Shown: positions 9,136-18,861 of the stretch, in pieces
How the letters are laid out: every line of letters begins with the position of its first letter
Position numbering within the stretch: position 1 is the stretch's first letter
Assembly: GCA_903893485.1 (NCBI GenBank)
Contig: CAITMK010000012.1
Span: 83,469 to 147,468 of the forward strand
Reading direction: 5' to 3'
Length of the DNA stretch: 64,000 nt
From: Candidatus Magasanikiibacteriota bacterium
GTDB taxonomy: Bacteria; Patescibacteriota; Patescibacteriia; Magasanikbacterales; 2-02-FULL-50-9b
Program-made: the position numbers and the translations under genes
The notes under the pieces: generated by a model
The model's database searches: none
Seen by the model: only the letters and a program-made list of their open reading frames with translations
Told to the model about the DNA's origin: nothing

Positions 9136-9991
9136 ATGGAGCCAAACACCTTTCTGAAACAACTCTTGTTTTCTACTGTTCGCATAGAGGCGGATACTGA
9201 TGACGCTGGAAAGAAAAGTGTTGGAACCGGTTTTCTTGTGGCAAAAAAGATAAGCGATTCCGAACAGCAAATTTTTCTCATAACCAATAAACATGTCATT
9301 GCAAGAGCAGATGAGGTTGGAAAAATTATAGGCAAATTTGGTAAGGCACGTTTTTCATTTGTAAAAAGTGAAAAATAATAGCCCGAAATTAGGTAATTCA
9401 GTTGTAATAAATGTCGATGCTTTAACGGATATGTTTTTCCAGCATCCGGATGAAAATGTTGATCTGGCGATATGCAATATTTCTGAGTTATACAACCAAT
9501 TAAATCAAGGTAAACAAAATATTTTTATCAGAACTATTCCTATCGAAATGATTCCAGCGGAAAATGAAAATTTTGATGCCATTGAAGACGTTTTGTTCGT
9601 TGGCTATCCAAACGGAATCTTTGATCAGAAAAATCATTTGCCAGTTATGAGACGAGGGATTACTGCCTCTGCGTATGATGTTGATTTTAATGGCGGTAAA
9701 AAATTTCTTATTGATGCGCAGGTTTTTCCTGGTTCAAGCGGAAGTCCTGTTTTTATCAAAGAGCAAAATTTAAGAAATGGTACATTAAAACTTGGTGTAG
9801 AAAGATATTTTTTTGTTGGCGTCATTTCAAAGGTATTTCATAGGATTGAAACCGGTGATCTGGTTGAATCAACCGTCCCCACAAGTTTTGTGGCTAATAG
9901 TTTTTCGATCAAACAGATGATTGGACTGGGTATTTGCGAAAAATCAAATCAAATTTTTGAGCTAATCGAACTCATAAATAGAGTCAGCTAA
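9136..9991 (+). pseudogene. Trypsin-like serine protease split by a +1 frameshift
   Basis: ORF 9136-9378 has GTGF and ITNKHV; ORF 9368-9991 has DLA, GYP and PGSSGSPV; junction GTAAAAAGTGAAAAATAA. Confidence 0.8.
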
Positions 9992-10023
9992 TTCTTGCTT
10001 GTCGTGACTAAAGTAATAGGTTT

Positions 10024-10491
10024 ATGCTCGCCTCATTTCTCCAATCCCTCACCACCTCCATCCTCGCGCTCTTCCGCCAAGACGCGAATTTTAAAAACAC
10101 CCTTCCGCTCCACGATTATCACGGGTTTCAAAAAGCGCGCATTCCATCTGCGACGCTCGCTGCAATCGCTGCGGCGCACACTGTGAATCCCGACGAGCTC
10201 CAGGCCGAATGGGTTGTGGTGACGCAGGATTTGTTGAGCGAAATTCATTGCCACCTGCGCTCGCGCGCGTATTGCATCGTGATGGGCGCGGCCGAGCATG
10301 TGCCGGACCCGGCGCGCGCGTTTGTGTTTTTGCATGATGCGTGGATGCCCGTCGTGGCCGGCCAAACCATCGACATCCCGCCCGGCGCTGCGCACGGCTT
10401 CACCATCCACCCTGGCGGCACGCTCCACTTTTTGTCCGTCCAAACTCCGCCTATCGAAAGCGCGGCAGGGGATGATTATGAAAAAGTGTGA
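10024..10491 (+). CDS. Cupin-domain protein
   Basis: HCH...IPPGAAHGF...LHFLSVQTPP motifs. Confidence 0.75.
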   Translation: MLASFLQSLTTSILALFRQDANFKNTLPLHDYHGFQKARIPSATLAAIAAAHTVNPDELQAEWVVVTQDLLSEIHCHLRSRAYCIVMGAAEHVPDPARAFVFLHDAWMPVVAGQTIDIPPGAAHGFTIHPGGTLHFLSVQTPPIESAAGDDYEKV

Positions 10492-10518
10492 TATTCTATA
10501 CGTAGTTAATTTTAGAAT

Positions 10519-10884
10519 ATGCCAGATCCGAAATTTCCAAACCCAACCGAGCGCATACCTCTCAGTAAAGAAGACGAAAGAGGTTTGTCCGTTGCCAAGC
10601 GAGTTCTCGAAACGCTCATGACCGCCTCCGATGAACTGCCGGAGGAATTTATTGTAAATCATGGCGACTACAAATTTAGAGGCACGTGGTTTCAAGGCGC
10701 GTTTTCGGCTTGCGCCTCGGTTGCAGAAATTTTAAACGATGAAGATTTTGAAAAAGAAGTTCAAGCGGCTATAACAAAACGAAGAGCAAAATCAGATACC
10801 GATCGCACCACGCGGCAGGAAATTATCGATGCTGAAGATTTAGTTAATCGTGCGCTGAAGAAAATTGAAAAAGCACTTGGATAA
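10519..10884 (+). CDS. Hypothetical protein
   Basis: 121 aa charged helical ORF. Confidence 0.6.
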   Translation: MPDPKFPNPTERIPLSKEDERGLSVAKRVLETLMTASDELPEEFIVNHGDYKFRGTWFQGAFSACASVAEILNDEDFEKEVQAAITKRRAKSDTDRTTRQEIIDAEDLVNRALKKIEKALG

Positions 10885-10898
10885 GTTTTTATAATCAT

Positions 10899-11405
10899 AT
10901 GATGACCCCGGCACGCCTTGCGACGCAAAAAATAATTGTACTCACACTGCTTTATGCTTTTTTAGTCGTCGGTATTGTAGGGCTCGCACGCGCAGTATAC
11001 GATAGTCATGCGCAGTATCGTACGGAATGGATCGCGGACCGTGCAACAGTTACTTCACTTTCGGTGCGGACCATTTCTTCGGGGGACCGCGCAGGTAGAA
11101 CTCCGGATCTTGTTGCGGATGTTATCTATTCATATATTGTCGGCGACGTAGCACTCGAAGGTGCTGCTACTGATGAAACATTGTTATCTGACACTTCAAA
11201 TAATGAAAAATATGTACGCGACAAATATGTAACAGGCGCGAAAATCACCATTTTTTATGCGGCTAATGATTTCAAAAAAACAACACTTGAATCGCCAGAT
11301 CAATTGCGTTCAGATTTTATAATGTACACGACGCTTCTCGGTGTAATGTGTCTGATTTTAATAGTAGCGATCTGTATTCACGTGCGCCGATGCCGGCACC
11401 CTTGA
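10899..11405 (+). CDS. DUF3592-like membrane protein (paralog A)
   Basis: TM - W...ATV...YSY.V...Y..G.KI.IFY - TM layout. Confidence 0.7.
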   Translation: MMTPARLATQKIIVLTLLYAFLVVGIVGLARAVYDSHAQYRTEWIADRATVTSLSVRTISSGDRAGRTPDLVADVIYSYIVGDVALEGAATDETLLSDTSNNEKYVRDKYVTGAKITIFYAANDFKKTTLESPDQLRSDFIMYTTLLGVMCLILIVAICIHVRRCRHP

Positions 11406-11430
11406 CATTTTCGAAAAAAACTGCTATCTT
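11402..11430 (+). promoter_or_regulatory. Sigma70 promoter overlapping the upstream TGA stop
   Basis: TTGACA-17bp-TATCTT with extended TG. Confidence 0.65.
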
Positions 11431-11591
11431 TTTATACAATCTGGCCAAACCGTGCTGGAGGGAGATGTCCATGAATAGTTCCTAGTAGTATTCATCTTTT
11501 GCCTACCAAGGCTACAGATAAAAATGCGTGACACGGTGTCACTCTGACCGCTCTGTGGCCACAAGCCACAAGCGTAAATCGGAGGAACATC

Positions 11592-12185
11592 ATGTACCAC
11601 GAAGAATCCAAGAATCTGCGCAAGTTCGCATACTGCACGCACACCGTGTTGGCTGCGAAACTACGCGAGGCAGCAGAGCAGAAGTTGTCGGAGGGGCGCG
11701 AACTCTTCCGTATCAATTTGAAGCTCGAGGTGACCACGAGCGTCGACAAGCTGATCGGTCTGCGGCGCGAGCTGCAAGCCTACGAAGCTGAATTCGACGG
11801 TCGCGAGCGACATTGGCTGCGCACCACAGAGCGTGCGCAACAACTCAAGGCAGCGATTTCCGACGAGTCGGAGTCGCTGACCGTGCAGGAGTTGGATGCG
11901 ATGAGTGATTGGTGCAAGGCCGGCGTTTTTGCGGCCGAGCAATTCTTGCGACCCTTCCGCGCGGCCAAGGCCGAGCGTGAGCGGATCGCAGCAGAGAAAG
12001 AAAAGGAGTGCGTCACTGCACGCGAGGCCGCGCGCCTGAAAGATGAACCCGGCCGTCACGCGCGCCGTGAATTCCAAGAGCAGCGGCTGCGCGAAAAGCA
12101 AGCGCAGCGTTTCGTGCACGAGTACCAGAGTCGTCCGCGGCGCTGGTACAAAGAGCAGAAGAAGTTGAAGCAGCAAACGCGCTGA
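11592..12185 (+). CDS. Hypothetical coiled-coil, Arg/Glu-rich protein (orphan cassette)
   Basis: GGAGG SD; 197 aa; own promoter and terminator. Confidence 0.7.
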   Translation: MYHEESKNLRKFAYCTHTVLAAKLREAAEQKLSEGRELFRINLKLEVTTSVDKLIGLRRELQAYEAEFDGRERHWLRTTERAQQLKAAISDESESLTVQELDAMSDWCKAGVFAAEQFLRPFRAAKAERERIAAEKEKECVTAREAARLKDEPGRHARREFQEQRLREKQAQRFVHEYQSRPRRWYKEQKKLKQQTR

Positions 12186-12202
12186 GCGCAATTGCGGTGA
12201 AC

Positions 12203-12246
12203 GGCCGTTCGATTCCTTTCGCGGGGAGTCGAACGGTCTATTTTTT
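12203..12246 (+). terminator. Intrinsic terminator
   Basis: GGCCGTTCGATTCC...GGAGTCGAACGGTC plus T-run. Confidence 0.75.
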
Positions 12247-12270
12247 ATTTGAATGATATAATAAAAACCT

Positions 12271-12786
12271 ATGATTGTTAACGCATCTATTGATCCAAAA
12301 AAAGCGACCTTTAGACATTATGCAGTTACATACGCAATGTCACTCATAACGATAGCAGCTTTTGGTTTACTGAGTTTGGATAGTTACGCGCAATATCACA
12401 TGCAATGGAATTCAGCGACGGCCACAGTTACCGATGTACAGGTAGATTCAGCACATAATCGGGGCGATGTGTTGGTGAGTTTGGAATACACGTATGCAGT
12501 AAATGGCGTTTCGTATGATAGTCAATCAACAAAAGTTGTGCATATTCCGAGTACACTTGAAAATAGAAATTTGTTAGCGGCGCAGTATGCATCAGGAACA
12601 AAGATTAATATTTTTTATGAGGTCAAAACCCCGGATAAAACCATGGTAACTGAGCCTGATAAATCCCCCATCAATTTTATTGGTGAGTTAATCGCAACAA
12701 TAGCTATGTCATGCCTACTTATTTTTGCGATATATACTAATATTGTGATAGTTCTGCAAAAGAAAAAGTTAGGTGGTAAAACATAA
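12271..12786 (+). CDS. DUF3592-like membrane protein (paralog B)
   Basis: Same layout as 10899-11405 (DSYAQY..QW..ATATV, YTYAV, G.KINIFY). Confidence 0.7.
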   Translation: MIVNASIDPKKATFRHYAVTYAMSLITIAAFGLLSLDSYAQYHMQWNSATATVTDVQVDSAHNRGDVLVSLEYTYAVNGVSYDSQSTKVVHIPSTLENRNLLAAQYASGTKINIFYEVKTPDKTMVTEPDKSPINFIGELIATIAMSCLLIFAIYTNIVIVLQKKKLGGKT

Positions 12787-12822
12787 CTAATGCCTGTTAG
12801 TTCATGTTATAATATTTAGTAC

Positions 12823-14961
12823 ATGAAGTTCAACTTAGTATTTTCGAATTTATTTTTTGCGATTGCCGTGTCCGCCATTTGTTTTTTTGCCGCGCCAACA
12901 AAAACATTTGCAGCGGGCGAATTTAAAACAACGTGGAAATCTGATAATCCAGGAACATCGGCAAGTAATCAAATCACAATTCCAACCATTGTTGGACCTG
13001 CTTATAATTATCATGTTGATTGGGGAGATACAACCGCGAGCTCAACTGTAACCGGAACGGTGACGCACACCTATGCCGCACCGGGCACCTATCATGTTGC
13101 AATTACCGGAACATTTCCTGTAATTCAATTTGCAGACGCGGGCGATGCACAAAAACTTTTGTCTGTGGATCAATGGGGGACAAATGTGTGGGGTTCAATG
13201 TACGATGCTTTTTTTGGCTGCACCAATCTACACATTCTGGCAACTGACGCACCAAATCTTTCAGTCGCGGGCGACATGACATACATGCTGCGCGGCACCG
13301 CGGTGTCAACAGAAGATTTAAGTAGTTGGGATGTCAGCCATATCAGCGCCATGATCGGCACATTTCAAGATACCTTATTTAATGGAAACATTACCACGTG
13401 GAATACTGGCGCGGTTACCGACATGACTGGATTATTTTATAACGACTCAGCTTTTAATCAGGATATTGGGAATTGGAATGTCGGTGCGGTTACCGGCATG
13501 AGCGCCATGTTTTATTCGGCATCAAGTTTTAATCAGAATCTTTCGCTGTGGAATGTGGTGAATGTTACCAACATGAATGGTATGTTCAGAAACGCGAACG
13601 GATTTAATGGCACACTGGCGTGGGGAAATAAAACCGCGCACGTCACCGATATGAGCGCGATGTTTTTAGCAGCTTACGCTTTTAATCAAGACATTAGCGG
13701 TTGGGACACGCGCGCCGTTACCAGTATGACTGATATGTTTGCGTACGCCTATGATTTTAACCAAAATATTGGCTTGTGGAATGTGGGTGCGGTAACTGAC
13801 ATGGGTACGATGTTGTATCATGCAACATCATTTAATTACAGCCTGAGCAATTGGGATGTGAGCCACGTGACTAACATGCTTTCAATGCTTCAAGGCTGCA
13901 CCGCGTTTAATAGTGCGGTGTCGTGGGGAAGTAAAGTTTCGCACGTCACCAATTTTGAGGGAATGTTTACCGATGACACGTCATTTAATCAAGATGTCAG
14001 TGGTTGGGACGTGAGCGGTGCAACAGATTTGGCATATGCATTTACTGGCACCGCGTTTAATCAAAATCTTTCGCCATGGAATGTTGCAAACGTAACCACC
14101 ATGGATAATATTTTTACAAGCAGCGCGCTTTCCACCACCAATTACGATGCAATTTTGGCAGCGTGGTCCGCGGAAACATTGCAATCAAATGTTCTTTTTA
14201 GTGCGGGAAGTGCAACGTATTGTGCGGCTCGCGCAGGGCACGCGCGACTGCTTTCAAATTTTAGTTGGACAATTACCGATGGTGGGATCAATCCAACCTG
14301 TCGAACGATAACTTACACTGCTAGTGCAAATGGCAGCGTGACTGGCACCGCGACCCAATATTTAGAAAATGGTTTTACCTCGGCTAGTGTAACCGCAGTG
14401 CCAAATACGGGATATCGTTTTTTAAGTTGGTCTGATGGTCAATCGCAAAACCCGCGAACGGATGCAAATGTAACAAGTGATATTGCGGTCTCGGCAAATT
14501 TTTTGGCGCAAACCGTGTCAACGGGGAATACGATTTATTATAATGGATGCGCAGATCCAAAAGCATTAAATTATGATCCAATGGCCAGAAATATTTCGAC
14601 CATGTGTATGTATGCGCATACAGAAAATCCAGTAACTGTTTTGCAAAAAACAACTGATTTAATTGCACCAAAAACCGAAATCGAAAAACCAGTTTTTGAT
14701 TTTTCAAAAATAAAAAAACTGACCAAAGATTTAAAATTTGGAATGACCAGCGCAGAAATTAAAACAGTGCAAGATTTTTTGATTGCACAAAATAAAGGTG
14801 CGATGGCACAGCAATTAAAGACGCACGGCACAACAAATTATTTTGGTGCGTTAACTAAATCCGCACTTGCTGAATGGCAAAAAGCGTGTGGTATTATGCC
14901 AGCAGTTGGAAATTTTGGAGCACTTACCAGAAACTATATTAAATTGCTTAGCGCGTCATAA
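12823..14961 (+). CDS. BspA/DUF285 repeat surface protein with InlB B-repeat-like and peptidoglycan-binding domains
   Basis: Signal peptide; repeated FNQDI..W.V..VTDM..MF; PNTGYRFLSWSDG; C-terminal VQDFL...FGALTKSALAEWQ. Confidence 0.88.
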   Translation: MKFNLVFSNLFFAIAVSAICFFAAPTKTFAAGEFKTTWKSDNPGTSASNQITIPTIVGPAYNYHVDWGDTTASSTVTGTVTHTYAAPGTYHVAITGTFPVIQFADAGDAQKLLSVDQWGTNVWGSMYDAFFGCTNLHILATDAPNLSVAGDMTYMLRGTAVSTEDLSSWDVSHISAMIGTFQDTLFNGNITTWNTGAVTDMTGLFYNDSAFNQDIGNWNVGAVTGMSAMFYSASSFNQNLSLWNVVNVTNMNGMFRNANGFNGTLAWGNKTAHVTDMSAMFLAAYAFNQDISGWDTRAVTSMTDMFAYAYDFNQNIGLWNVGAVTDMGTMLYHATSFNYSLSNWDVSHVTNMLSMLQGCTAFNSAVSWGSKVSHVTNFEGMFTDDTSFNQDVSGWDVSGATDLAYAFTGTAFNQNLSPWNVANVTTMDNIFTSSALSTTNYDAILAAWSAETLQSNVLFSAGSATYCAARAGHARLLSNFSWTITDGGINPTCRTITYTASANGSVTGTATQYLENGFTSASVTAVPNTGYRFLSWSDGQSQNPRTDANVTSDIAVSANFLAQTVSTGNTIYYNGCADPKALNYDPMARNISTMCMYAHTENPVTVLQKTTDLIAPKTEIEKPVFDFSKIKKLTKDLKFGMTSAEIKTVQDFLIAQNKGAMAQQLKTHGTTNYFGALTKSALAEWQKACGIMPAVGNFGALTRNYIKLLSAS

Positions 14962-14962
14962 T

Positions 14963-15008
14963 AAAAAAATACCTACCCGACGTGCCTTACGGGGCTCGTG
15001 GGGTAGGG
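14963..15008 (-). terminator. Intrinsic terminator of the minus-strand orphan
   Basis: CCTACCC...GGGTAGG stem next to an A-run. Confidence 0.65.
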
Positions 15009-15039
15009 TTTGAAACTGCTGTGTCCGGCCGAAGTTCGG

Positions 15040-15696
15040 CTAGATCGCGGCAGCCGTCGTGGTGATGCGGCCGTGCTGGTCAGCCAAGGTGCGCGCGAGC
15101 ATCAGGTCCGGGATCTTGGGGAACTGGGGTTCCCAATACCACCACTGATTGCTCGTGGGCATCGGGCCGTGGCGATGCGCCAGCTTGTGGAACACCTGCT
15201 GCAGGATGCGGGGCTGCATGCTCGTGAGACCTGCCAGCATGATGCGCTTGAAGTATTGCCGCTCCATGATTGCAGTCGTCTTGAGCACCTGAGTCCAGCC
15301 GAAGTAGGGCGCCAGCTGCCGCGCGGCACTGCACATCTCGAGCGAGTCAAAGATCTTCGCGTCGGTGAGGCGTTCGTCGGACCGGCAGATCATCAGCGTT
15401 TCGCGGATGTTGTCCGCGGCCGGCTGCACCTGCTCCATGATCGCATTTTCAATCTCGGACCGCTCATTCGGCAGAATGCCGGTGGTGCAGATGTGGATCT
15501 GCGACGGCGTGCACTGGTAGGCCACGTGCCGCAGCAGCAGGTTCCCCAGCGCGAACGCCATGCGCTTGCGCGACTTGGAACCGGGCTGTTTGTAGGAAAA
15601 CGCGGCCATCATCGCCAGGAAACTCTCCAAGGTCGTTTGACCCATGTCGGTTTCCATCTCTTCTGCAATCGCCGGAAGTGCCAAAGTTTTTTTCAT
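15040..15696 (-). CDS. Hypothetical protein (orphan cassette)
   Basis: GGAG 7 nt before ATG; TTGACA(15767-15762)-17-TATCTT; own terminator. Confidence 0.68.
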   Translation of the reverse strand: MKKTLALPAIAEEMETDMGQTTLESFLAMMAAFSYKQPGSKSRKRMAFALGNLLLRHVAYQCTPSQIHICTTGILPNERSEIENAIMEQVQPAADNIRETLMICRSDERLTDAKIFDSLEMCSAARQLAPYFGWTQVLKTTAIMERQYFKRIMLAGLTSMQPRILQQVFHKLAHRHGPMPTSNQWWYWEPQFPKIPDLMLARTLADQHGRITTTAAAI

Positions 15697-15810
15697 TAAC
15701 TGTCTCCAAAGTAGGCCAAATCAAGCGGCCCGATCATCAAGATACACGAAACATGCTAAAATGTCAATGGTCGCGTGGTATGACAGGTAATTCAGATATC
15801 TCACTTCATT

Positions 15811-16824
15811 ATGCAAAAAATTTTCAACCGCAACGAAACTTTATACGGCCCAGCACCCGCTGCGGTTGCAGCAATTAAAAACTTAAATCGCGAACACATT
15901 TTTCAGTATATTAATGGGTATCACACCTCTATTTTAATTCCGGCGCTGGCCAAAAAATTTACTATTCCGGAAGCGCAAATTATTACCAGCTACGGCAGTG
16001 AAAATTTTTTGGAAACCGTTTTTAATAGTTTGCGTGCCGGGGAAGACGAAGTTTTGACGCATCAATTCCATTACATTTATTACGAAAAATATTTGGCGTT
16101 TCGCGGCGTGAAATTGCATGAATTTAAATTGGTGCAAAAGCCCAGCGAATTTTTGTTTGATATCACCGATTGCATTGCGCAAATAAAAAAAATAAAACCA
16201 AAATTAGTTTTACTCACGTCACCGAATAATCCAACAGGGAATTCGATCACGCCCGACGATTTGGAAAAAATTTTGGCTGCCGCACCACCAACAACACTTG
16301 TAATTGTTGATGAAGCCTATTACGGATTAAACGCGGCATACCCAGAAAAAAAGTTTTTGGCGCTGCTGGCGAAATATCCAAATCTTGCGTACGGTCGCAC
16401 GTTTTCTAAACTCTACGCACTTGCAGGTTTACGCGTGGCGTACGCACTGTGCGGCACAAATGTTAAAAATTTACTGCGCTATCAAACGCATTATTTGGGC
16501 ATGAGTCGCATTTTGGAGCAGGTTGCAGTTGCCGCGCTTGATGCAAAACCATACTACAAAAAATTAGCAGCTGCTTACGCCAAAGACCGCGCGCAATTTA
16601 TTCGCGCGGTAAACAAATTAAAAAATTTCCACGCATTTACATCCGACGCCAGTTTTGTTTTGATTCATGTCGATGCAAAAATTTTGCCAACGTTTGTTGC
16701 AACAACACAAAAAGCATCTTTTTTAATTTCAAAGCCGGTCACGGAAAATTTATACCGCATTTCGCTGGATCCAAAAAAATACACCAAACAATTTATCGCA
16801 CTCCTCAAAAAAATTGACGCATGA
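15811..16824 (+). CDS. PLP-dependent aminotransferase class I/II (HisC-like)
   Basis: SPNNPTGN, DEAY, RTFSKLYALAGLRVAY. Confidence 0.9.
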   Translation: MQKIFNRNETLYGPAPAAVAAIKNLNREHIFQYINGYHTSILIPALAKKFTIPEAQIITSYGSENFLETVFNSLRAGEDEVLTHQFHYIYYEKYLAFRGVKLHEFKLVQKPSEFLFDITDCIAQIKKIKPKLVLLTSPNNPTGNSITPDDLEKILAAAPPTTLVIVDEAYYGLNAAYPEKKFLALLAKYPNLAYGRTFSKLYALAGLRVAYALCGTNVKNLLRYQTHYLGMSRILEQVAVAALDAKPYYKKLAAAYAKDRAQFIRAVNKLKNFHAFTSDASFVLIHVDAKILPTFVATTQKASFLISKPVTENLYRISLDPKKYTKQFIALLKKIDA

Positions 16825-16884
16825 TATAGTAAATCGAGTGCTGGTTCATCCACATCAAGCAGCCCATACTAAAGGAGGTGGGAG

Positions 16885-17079
16885 ATGCTGAGAGTGTATG
16901 TAACGTCCAAGGGCGAAGGGCTTTTGCAAGTCGAATTGCGTCTCATCGCGCAGCTCCGTGTGCAGGAACTCGAGGCAAAACTCGGGAAACTGTCGCATCG
17001 GAATCGCGAAGCAGAGATCGAGCGCGAAATTCGAAGGCTCCGTCGAGAACGCTATCTTAATAAGGAGGTAAAGCCGTGA
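16885..17079 (+). CDS. Small basic coiled-coil hypothetical protein (orphan cassette)
   Basis: AAAGGAGGT SD; extended -10 TGATATAGT at 16822-16830; terminator follows. Confidence 0.55.
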   Translation: MLRVYVTSKGEGLLQVELRLIAQLRVQELEAKLGKLSHRNREAEIEREIRRLRRERYLNKEVKP

Positions 17080-17094
17080 TATCAAACCGGCGTC

Positions 17095-17137
17095 GGTGTG
17101 GTGCGCTCGCAGCTGCGCGCACCACACCATTTATATT
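17095..17137 (+). terminator. Intrinsic terminator
   Basis: 12-bp perfect stem GGTGTGGTGCGC/GCGCACCACACC plus AT-rich tail. Confidence 0.7.
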
Positions 17138-17171
17138 GCCAAAAAATGCCTAATGCGCTACTATTACGCAT

Positions 17172-18848
17172 ATGATTACCGCGGTAATTGCTGCAATTAA
17201 ACAAGCGCTTTTGGCGCAGGGAGTCCCTGAGCCTATTTTAGATAAGGCTGTTTTTTCTGAACCACCAAATCCAGCGCTTGGCGATTTGGCTGTTGCCGCG
17301 TTTCCGTTTGCAGCTTTTTGGTTTTGTGCGCCACCCGAAGCCGCACATAAACTTGCAGAAATTATCCGTGGCTCACACAATGCGATTTTTGAAATCACGG
17401 TTACGGGCCCGTACGTAAATATCAAATTACAAACCGCTGCCATTGTTCATGCAGCAACTCATTTCAAACCAGAAAAAATTCGCCCGCGCCCCGCGATCAT
17501 GTTTGAATATTCGCAGCCAAATACGCACAAAGAATATCACATCGGGCATTTGCGCAACGCGTGTTTTGGTGCGGCGTTAGTTGCGCTTTGGCGTGCGGCT
17601 GGCCAAAATATTATTCCGGTTACTTACAACAACGATGTTGGCGCGCACGTTGCAAAAACCCTGTGGGCATACAAAAAATTTCATGCTGGCGAAAAACCAC
17701 CAACCGAAAAGGGTCGATGGCTTGCGGGCATGTATGTTGAGGCGACACGTGCACTCGAAGAAAATCCAGATTATAAAGAAGAAGTGAGCGATGTCTTGCG
17801 CGCACTCGAAGCGCACGATCCAGAGTGGTACAAACTATGGAAGGAAACGCGTGGCTGGTCACTCGATCAGTTTCATGCGATTTATAAAAAATTGGATTTA
17901 AAATTTAAGCACACGTTTAACGAAAGCGCGATTAAAGAACGTGGTCATGCAATGGTTGATGATTTGCTGCGCCGCGGCATTGCAAAAAAATCGCAGGGCG
18001 CAATCATCATGGATTTTGAAGAACAAAATAAAGGTGTTTTAATTTTGCGTAAATCAGATGGCGCAGGGAATTATACAACTTCAGATTTAGCGCTCGCCGA
18101 AGAAAAATTTCGTCGCTTCAAATTAGATTCATCGCTCGTGGTAACCGATAAACGCCAGTCGTTATATTTTGAACAGCTTTTCATGACCCTGCATGCGTAC
18201 GGTTTTAAGCAGCACTTAAAACATTTGGATTACGAATTGGTGACGCTTCCCGAAGGTGCCATGAGTAGCCGCAAGGGTAATGTGATATTATTTGAATCGC
18301 TTTACGAAGAAGTTTTAGCGCATGCGATTGCAGAAACCACGCAGCGCCACGCAGATTGGTCAGCTAAAAAAGTTGCTAAAGTTGCCGAAGCATTAACGAT
18401 TGGCGCGATTAAATTTACCATGGTGCGCGCGTCGCCGCTCAAGGTTATTGTGTTCGATAAAACCGAAGCGTTAAGTTTCGACGGCTATACCGCGCCATAT
18501 TTGCAATACACCGTGGCGCGTATCAACAGCATTTTTAAAAAAGCAAAACTCACGCGCCCACGCGCGGCCGCAACTTTTGCATGGACCGATGCTGAACGAG
18601 CGCTTTGGATGCTCATGGCTCGCTTGCCCGATGTAATCGAACGCGCCGCCACCGACGACGATCCATCGCATGTGGCACGTTACTGTTTTGAATTGGCCAA
18701 GGCATTCTCGAGCTTCTATGAAACACATAAAGTACTCGATGACGACAAAACCATTCGCGCCGCACGTTTGCTCCTTGTTAAATCAACCCAAAAAACACTC
18801 CAAGTTGGCCTTAAATTACTTGGTTTGCCCGTAATAACCGAAATGTGA
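17172..18848 (+). CDS. argS: Arginine--tRNA ligase
   Basis: EYSQPNTHKEYHIGHLRN, MSSRKG, PYLQY..ARI.SI, DALR-type C-terminus. Confidence 0.96.
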   Translation: MITAVIAAIKQALLAQGVPEPILDKAVFSEPPNPALGDLAVAAFPFAAFWFCAPPEAAHKLAEIIRGSHNAIFEITVTGPYVNIKLQTAAIVHAATHFKPEKIRPRPAIMFEYSQPNTHKEYHIGHLRNACFGAALVALWRAAGQNIIPVTYNNDVGAHVAKTLWAYKKFHAGEKPPTEKGRWLAGMYVEATRALEENPDYKEEVSDVLRALEAHDPEWYKLWKETRGWSLDQFHAIYKKLDLKFKHTFNESAIKERGHAMVDDLLRRGIAKKSQGAIIMDFEEQNKGVLILRKSDGAGNYTTSDLALAEEKFRRFKLDSSLVVTDKRQSLYFEQLFMTLHAYGFKQHLKHLDYELVTLPEGAMSSRKGNVILFESLYEEVLAHAIAETTQRHADWSAKKVAKVAEALTIGAIKFTMVRASPLKVIVFDKTEALSFDGYTAPYLQYTVARINSIFKKAKLTRPRAAATFAWTDAERALWMLMARLPDVIERAATDDDPSHVARYCFELAKAFSSFYETHKVLDDDKTIRAARLLLVKSTQKTLQVGLKLLGLPVITEM

Positions 18849-18861
18849 TACCATCTTTCAT

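Noticed and set aside
5241-11553. 13-bp match ACTCTGACCGCTC at 5241 and 11541
   Set aside because: Matches of this length are expected by chance in 64 kb
13300-14120. Repeats as a CRISPR array or DGR template/variable pair
   Set aside because: They are degenerate in-frame DUF285 coding repeats; no reverse transcriptase in the window
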